Positions 56,158 through 64,000 of a stretch of 64,000 nt of DNA are shown one piece after another; positions within the stretch are counted from its first letter, which is position 1, and every line of letters starts with the position of its first letter. The notes beneath the pieces are model-generated. The model did no database searches and was not told the DNA's origin. It saw nothing but the letters and a program-made list of their open reading frames with translations. Origin of the DNA: Chrysomallon squamiferum (Eukaryota; Animalia; Mollusca); assembly GCA_012295275.1 (NCBI GenBank), contig CM022671.1, positions 21,886,001 through 21,950,000 on the forward strand, given 5' to 3'. A program made the translations under genes and the position numbers.

Positions 56158-57771
56158 GAGGTTCGGTAAATTGTAACTTTAATATTATTTCCGTTACACT
56201 ACTCCCAATATTACTTAACAAATCTTCATATTTTCACTACTATTACACAAAGTAATAAAATTCACAGAATTTTTTCCCACATGTTAAAATCTTTACAACA
56301 GAAAAATATTTTCTTCCCAGACACAGTTTTTTTTTTTTTAATTTTATTTCCGCCACTGTCAAAATATGGGCCTATATATATTTTGAAAAATGAATTAAGT
56401 GCTAAAAGGTCATGAAAACTTAACCACACGTCCAGATATCTTGAAAAGCAGCATGTGCTACTAAAAGCCAAAAATGTTGGGAAAAAAAAAAAAAAAAAAA
56501 AAAGGAAGTAAAATCCAGAGTTAGTGACCCTTTCCGACCTTCACCCAGTGCACTGGAATCAGACAGGAGTGTAGAATGTTGACCTCACTCCCCCCCCTCC
56601 CACTGCCTGCAAAAACTGATAGCTGTTTTTTTTTTTTTTTTTTAACATGCTATACAGAGCAGTCTTTGTTCAGTTAGGTTTCGCAAACTGAAAACATCTC
56701 ACTGACATAAGGTCTGTGAGTATGTGTGTAACAGATAAGTGACTTATACACACACATACACACATAAATACACACATAAATACACACATATACATCTGTG
56801 TGCATATGTGTTTGCGTGTTTCTGGGTACATATGTATTTTTGTGTTTTGAGGCATGAACATTTGTCTGTACGTTATTTTGTGTATGTATGGCTATGTATT
56901 TGTGTATATCTTTGTGAATGAGCTTGTATCTATGTATATAAGAGAATATATGTATGTATTTAGTAAGAGTGGGAGAGTGCACATCTTAAGCAATAAAAAA
57001 AACATCTAACAACAAATTTAAAATAAGTTCACTCTCTCCCAGAATATTGGTCCTAAAACACAGCAAACCAAAATAATCCCTGTCTATCTGAGAAAACTTT
57101 TTTCTCCTTCGACTTTTTTTTTTTTTTTTTCTTCTTTAAACTGTGACAGTAGTGGAATTAACTAAACCCAAAATGTTGAAGAAAATAAAAAAAAATCCTA
57201 TAAAAATCAGAGTAAAAATAAACCATCACTGAAGCTTTACACTTTTTTTTTTTTTTTTTTTTGTGGTTTTCTCAAAGCAACTGCAATGGCATTTATGAAT
57301 CATGCATGAACAAACTGGTGGAAATAATGGACAGATTTAGTGCCACGCTATTCACAATTACAGTGTCTCATTTACAGGTTTCCACCATTCGTCGTGCAAA
57401 GGCGACAGAGAAGTTGAATTAGTCTGGTAATTAGTTTGAATTATGATCCAAATTTGGCTATGAATACCGAATACGTTATTGTGATGTTTTCACGTTGTGT
57501 TTGAATTACATTTTGCCGTTCAGGGAGCCAACGGACATTAATTGATGATAAATATGAATTAGAGAGAGATTTCTGTGAATGGTGGTGTAAATTAAGTAAT
57601 GAATAATAAAAAGTATAGCTTGTCTTGTTGTTGGGGGGGTTTTGGTTTTGGGGAGATATGACTAGAGTTTTATTAATGGATAACGTTACTTGAAAAGTTT
57701 TTGTGAATGGTTAACTGAGGATGGTTAGGTTGAAATTTATAGGCAAGTTAAGGTGAAATGAGAGTAAGTGT

Positions 57772-57781
57772 GAGAGAGAGT

Positions 57782-57856
<75 letters not shown>

Positions 57857-57973
57857 GTATAGAATTAGAAAAAGAGAGAAAGAGTTAGAGAGAGAGACAG
57901 AAAGACAGACAGAGAGAGAGAGAGAGAGAGAATTAGGTATAGAATTAGAAAAACAGAGAGAGAGAGAGAGAGA
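57772..57973. repeat. (GA)n microsatellites with duplicated aggtatagaattagaaaaa spacer
   Basis: Direct inspection. Confidence 0.9.
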
Positions 57974-59454
57974 TTATTCTTAGTATTATCTAATTCCCTC
58001 TTTTTCTGTGACATAATTTTACCTGAAGATAAAAACAAATATTTAATTTTGTCTTTACTTTTTCCAAAAAAAAAGTTAAAAACAAAAACAAAAAAAACGT
58101 TATGACATTAAAAAAAAAAAAAAAATAATCCTGTCTTCTTTCATCTATTTAACCAATTCACTTTATTCAAATTGCATCTCTGCATTTCTCAATTAAACAT
58201 GTGTTTAAACTGACCAACACACTGTTGGACCATTGTGCAGAAAATAACCAGAAACTGAAAACAAAGGAAAACTCAAATGCTGACAACACAGAGAACAAAA
58301 GCTTCATTTTGTCAGATTACTGAAAATCAATGAGAAGCAATTAAATCACCATGATGCGCTTCACATGACATCAAAAGATGTGCAGAAAACAAGAAAACAA
58401 AATATTGATAGAGAGAGACAGAGCTCCAAGACCAAGATGGATAATATCTATTATTACAGCCATGTAATACCATTTAATATCACATTGTCTGATTATTAGA
58501 TATATAATGTTATCACTTATAAAATAGGATGTCTGGTAAAATATATAGCATACCATCTGATTATTAACTTTCATATTTAAGGTATTGTGATTCTGTATCA
58601 GAAATATCAATATATAATGAATATGACAGTTCATGAGGGCACACCGCAAATCTGAATTTAATTGAAATGCACCCATTAATGAATACACTTCTGTGAATAT
58701 GAATATCTTTTATCAGAAATTTTAATAGTGTTGCAACAGGTACATTGCAATATATGCAGTATATTGAATCTGTACGTATATAAAAAAAAAAAAATCATTA
58801 TTGAAAATATTAAAACAGCAGTTCTGCAGGCATGCTTCAATATATACAGTGTAGAAACTGTGATATATCCGATTTATATAATACTTAGAAATATAATATC
58901 TATTTGAAATGACATTTGTGTAAAGCTGTAAAAAAGTACATCAGTATGTGATTTATGTGCAGACAATATGTGCAATATATTGTCCACTGACTAAATTTTC
59001 ATCATTAGTTTGTTTTATCTGTGTGTTTTATTACTGTATGTATAGGGAGTATGTATATTTTGTTACTCTATGTATAGACAATACGTGCTGTATCAATCTG
59101 CATGTGGACAGTATGTGGTCTATTAGTTTATATATAGACCACAACAGCTGTAGTGACAAACAGTGTGTGTTATGTTACTCTACCAGGAAATGCTGATATT
59201 AAACACTGTTGACATTTTGCTTTGGACAAGTTATCACACTGATAGGATTTAGACATTAAAATCTTTTTAAATTTTTTACCAAATAAAATTGAAATGCCTT
59301 CTGGGCACATTCTCGGGCATAAAAACACTTCAAAGAAATTACATCTTGAAGTACTTTCTTTGTAACCATAGTGACTGGTGACAGTGGCAGGACAGAGAGA
59401 GTTCAGTATTGTAAAATTGTGTTTATTTCATACACAAGAACACAACATGCACAC

Positions 59455-59728
59455 ACACAACACACACATATATAAACATATAGACACACACACACACACA
59501 CATATATAAACATATAGACACACAAACAACACACTCATATATAAACATATAGACACACTCACACACACACATATATATATAAACATATAGACACACACAC
59601 ATATATTAACATATAGACACACACACATACACATATATATATAAACATACATAGACACACACACACACATATATATATTAACATATGGACACACACACAC
59701 ACACATATATATAAACACATATAAACAC
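59455..59728. repeat. ~28-32-bp minisatellite ((ca)n-tatataaacatatag, ~9 copies)
   Basis: Direct inspection. Confidence 0.88.
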
Positions 59729-61255
59729 TCAGAAATAGTGTAACAGATCTACTTTGTGACAAAACTCTCAATTCACCTTGTTAACTGAAAGCACTGAAAA
59801 CAGGAACCAGATGCTATTTACTTTAAAGCAATAAAACAAATAACAATAATAATCACTCTAATGGTTTTGACTTTTAGACTGCAACCCTTGACACACTAAC
59901 GCAAAAGAATACCATACAACTTTGTTAACAACAACCACACTCCCTGTGCAACAGATATCACCATGTTAGATACAACTTCAGTATTACACACTGTGGGATA
60001 CAACATACGTATTAAACCATGACTTAGATACATTACTGGCTTGTTGTTTTTCGTGCATGTTTTGTTTTTGTTTGTGGTTTTTTGTTTTTGTTGTGGTTGT
60101 TGTTGTTGTTGTTGTTGTTGTAAAATAAACCAGAGCCATGCTGAAATGATAAAATGAAGTGAAACAAGACTGTGGCACTGACATATTCAGCCAGTTAATA
60201 TCAGGACTGCCTCATTAACATTGCCCAGAAGAAAGGCCCAGACAGTTTGCACTAAAACACATTCTGTTTGCAACTCTGGATTCAATTTAAAAAAAAAAAA
60301 ACAGGAACATTTCAGCATCTTTCCGTTCATCACTTAGTACAAATAACTGAACTAATTTGAAACAAATTCAAACTGTAACAAAAGTAACAAATCATTTTCA
60401 CTAAGTGATAACTCAGTGAAGTTGTTGCGGCAAATAAACAAACAAATAAATAAATAAATTTTAAATGCAACGGAAGATTTTTGCTTCATTCATCTAGTCA
60501 GTTTGGAGTAAAAAACATGCACACATACACACACATACACACAGATGTATGCATATATATATATATATGTTTAAAATTTTATATAATATATTCTGGGTTG
60601 TCTCCAAAAAACAAGAAAGACAAACAAGAAACCAGCAGAAAAATGAAAAAAAATAAATAAAAATAATAATAATAATATATAAAAAAGAAAAAGACAAAAT
60701 ATAAAAGTTATCTTCAAAAACAGATGAGTCTAGACCTTCTGGTACCCACCACCTGGATTGAAAGCTGAAAACACTACAGGAAGTTCCAATAGATTTCTAT
60801 TACCATATGTCTCCAAATGAAATTCTAGTTACCCAACAAGTATAAAAACCAGCATCTTTATATATCATCAAGCATTAAGAGAGACTACACAGAGACTGAG
60901 AGACATGCTGAGCAAGTCAGACTGGGTGTTTTTTTCTGAGACTGTTTCACAGCTGGAAGTGTCGCAGGACTCACAGAGTGGAAAAACTGGTGAAAGAAAT
61001 TTAAGTTAAGCCTGAAATGATAACGTTCCCAGGCCAGCTTTATTGAGAGCCTCTCTCAATCACTGTCACTGGCTTTTTGAAACCGGTTAAAAGCCTTAGT
61101 TGGTGGTTTTCACTTGCTTTTTTGTTTTATGATTGGGTTTTTTTTCATTATTTTATTTTGTTTTATTTTTTAATTTTAATTTTTTTTTTTTTTTACTAAA
61201 TTTTATTTATTTATCTATATATTTATTTATTCATTTATTATTATTGTTTTGGGGG

Positions 61256-61292
<37 letters not shown>

Positions 61293-61433
61293 TTTTTAAT
61301 TTTAATTTTATTTTATTTTTTAAGTTATTTTTTAAATTTTATTTTTAAAATTTGTTTTTTATTTTATTTTTTTTTTTTTGTTTAGGAAAGAATAAACTCT
61401 TTATAGCCATTTAAAATCTGATTTTTGATTTAT

Positions 61434-61489
<56 letters not shown>

Positions 61490-62243
61490 CTATCTCTCTC
61501 ATTCACACTCTCTCTTTCTCGCTTTCTCTCTCTCTCTCTCTCTTTTTATATATATATATATATATTTTTTTTTTTTCAGTTAAAAAGAAAGAAATTGTAA
61601 TTTCCAAGAGCAATTGGTTTATGTCTGTTAGAAGATTCATAAAAAAAATGTAAAAAATTAAAATATGGAGGAAACTTTTTAAAAAGACATCCTGTTTCCT
61701 AGGTTACAGACATTTTGTGACAGACCAAGAAAAGTTCAAGTTAAAAAATCTGAACAGTTTAAGCAATGGAATGCTTTGTGATGTTTTTTGTTTTGTTTTC
61801 TTTATTTTTTTTCCCAGTCAATTGAAGAACAGAAAATTTAGAATGTAAAACTTCTCTGGAATTTATTATTTTATCAAAATAAATAACCACAAGAATAATA
61901 ATAACCACAAGAACAACAGTAACCACAATAATAATAAAATAATAATAATTCTGAAAATTAAATTTTTTTAAAATGGTAATTTACCAACAAGTGACTTTTC
62001 ATCATATGAATAAGAAGTAAAATTATTAATTATTATTTATTTAAGCAAATCTGAAAACTGGAAACACAAAACATAAAATAATTTTATCTACCATGGAGTC
62101 ATCCCAAGAAATTATTTTTATTTTTTTATCCAGTAATCAATTAGTCTTTTTATTATTAAGATAAGAAATACCATTAATGTGGTTTTTTTAATTTTATTTT
62201 TATTTAAATAATAAATAAATTAAAAAACTAAAAAATAAAAATA

Positions 62244-62300
<57 letters not shown>

Positions 62301-63159
62301 AATAAATAAATAATATAATAAATTATTATTATTATTATCCTAACATCATGCGTACATTGTAGTAAAGAATACCTTCTCAGCTACACTGGCAGCAGTACTC
62401 TAACAACAACATCAACAGATTAGAAACATCGTATTACCTTTAATAAATAAATTGTATCAAATTAACTACTATCTTTTCACCAGTCGCTGAAAGATACAAG
62501 AAATATTTCGTCTCTGTGTAATACCAGTGTTAACCCATCTGAAAGCAATCTTACTCTAAAAGATTAAATGCTTGCAATAACTCACAACACATTTACAAAT
62601 TTTACTGCCACATGCCAGACTGAAGCTAGCAATGAAAAAGCATGTACAGGACAAAAAAATCTTCTTTGTTTTCCGGTTGTTTTTTCTTTTTCTCTTTTTT
62701 TTTTTTTTTCTTCTCCTAACCCTCCACCCCTCTTTTCTAAAGAGAAGACATCAAGTGAAAGTTGTTATTTCTTTTTTAAATTTTATCTCAGCCAAAATAA
62801 AGTTCAGTGTGTGGTTGTATAGTAACCAGTGACTGTCAGTCTAGGTTCCGATATGCTAAGGTTATGGAAAACTAAATTAGTTAGGTAAATATTATATAGT
62901 AGTACTACAACTGGAAAAAAAACTGTCAAATTAAATAATATAAACATTCAGTACAGATATCTTATACACTGAGTGTAATAAGGTCATATGAATTCAGTAC
63001 AGCTGATTAATATATATATACTACTAATAATAATTTTGAACAGTTATGTAAGTAATATTTCCATTACATCAGATAACATGTGTGTATCTGTAAGTATATG
63101 CATCAATGTGTGAATGTTCATATATTAATAATGAATGTCTGTGAATGTATGTGTCTTTA

Positions 63160-63207
63160 TGGGTGTATGTATATGTGTATGTGTGTATGTGTGTGTGTGT
63201 GTGTATC

Positions 63208-63245
<38 letters not shown>

Positions 63246-63307
63246 AGTGTGTGTGTGTGTGTATATGTGTGTGTGTTTGTGTGTGTGTCAGTGTGTGTGT
63301 GTGTGTT

Positions 63308-63345
<38 letters not shown>
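63160..63345. repeat. Interrupted (TG)n microsatellite
   Basis: Direct inspection. Confidence 0.97.
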
Positions 63346-63347
<2 letters not shown>

Positions 63348-64000
63348 GTTTGTTACCCTATTCTATTTTTAATCTCCATTTCCGGAAACCTGTTTCCTTT
63401 GCATCAAGCTGGATTCTCTAAAGTCAAATCCATCTTGAAAGAAATCTAAAACACAATGAATAACAAGCCCAGGTGTGAATAAATGAGAATGTACAGGTAA
63501 GATAAATATATATATAAAGATTCAAAAGATTTTTCTGATCAGCACTTTCAACGTCTGAAAAATATAAACCATTACTACACACCTGTCAGATATGCATTAC
63601 TCCAGTATATACTTTCTGACAGTTTGTCAGTATGTAAGTATATATACTGAACAGATTTATTTAGTGGACATGGAACATCTTTATCAGTAATGGGTAACAT
63701 AATAATTCCAATGAAATCTGATAAATGATTTGTGTAGTTTTTAAAATTTCAATATCAATAATGTTTTTATTCAGTATATATAATTGTAGTTATAATTATA
63801 TATATCACATTTCACGATGCCTACTAGTTCTATTCAGTATATTTACATGTAGAGTTAAACATATATTTATATATTTCATGATCCCTAATTTTTTTCACTT
63901 AGTATACACAAACAGACATTATATTTATATGTACATATCTATATGAAAATATATATAGATAAAGATATATATATATATCTCCAATTATATCAGCTCTCAC

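Noticed and set aside
58371-58688. 105-aa minus-strand ORF as the missing CPED1 first exon
   Set aside because: No clear signal anchor, no convincing phase-0 donor, non-coding composition.

Overview
AT-rich, microsatellite-dense animal genomic DNA; lophotrochozoan/mollusc-like is my inference. Most ORFs in the supplied track are simple-repeat artefacts. Manual splicing with phase checks gives five intron-containing protein-coding genes. (1) A complete sigma-class glutathione S-transferase (+, 5 exons, 204 aa). (2) A small stand-alone death-domain protein (+) with two candidate alternative first coding exons. (3) NF-YB (-, 8 coding exons, 203 aa), containing a clear GT-AG U12-type intron. (4) UBL4A (+, 4 exons, 137 aa), head-to-head with NF-YB. 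(5) CPED1 (-, 21 exons, 960 aa in window), whose N-terminal exon was not found and presumably lies beyond a >15 kb intron. The window also holds a decayed pogo/Tigger-like transposon at its start, MITE remnants and mini/microsatellites. Most notable: the death-domain-only gene whose splice choice creates a KRLRF docking-type motif; a CPED1 intron built from tandem copies of its own 3' splice site; an orphan copy of a CPED1 exon fragment; and an apparently catalytically dead TTL-like ATP-grasp domain in CPED1.
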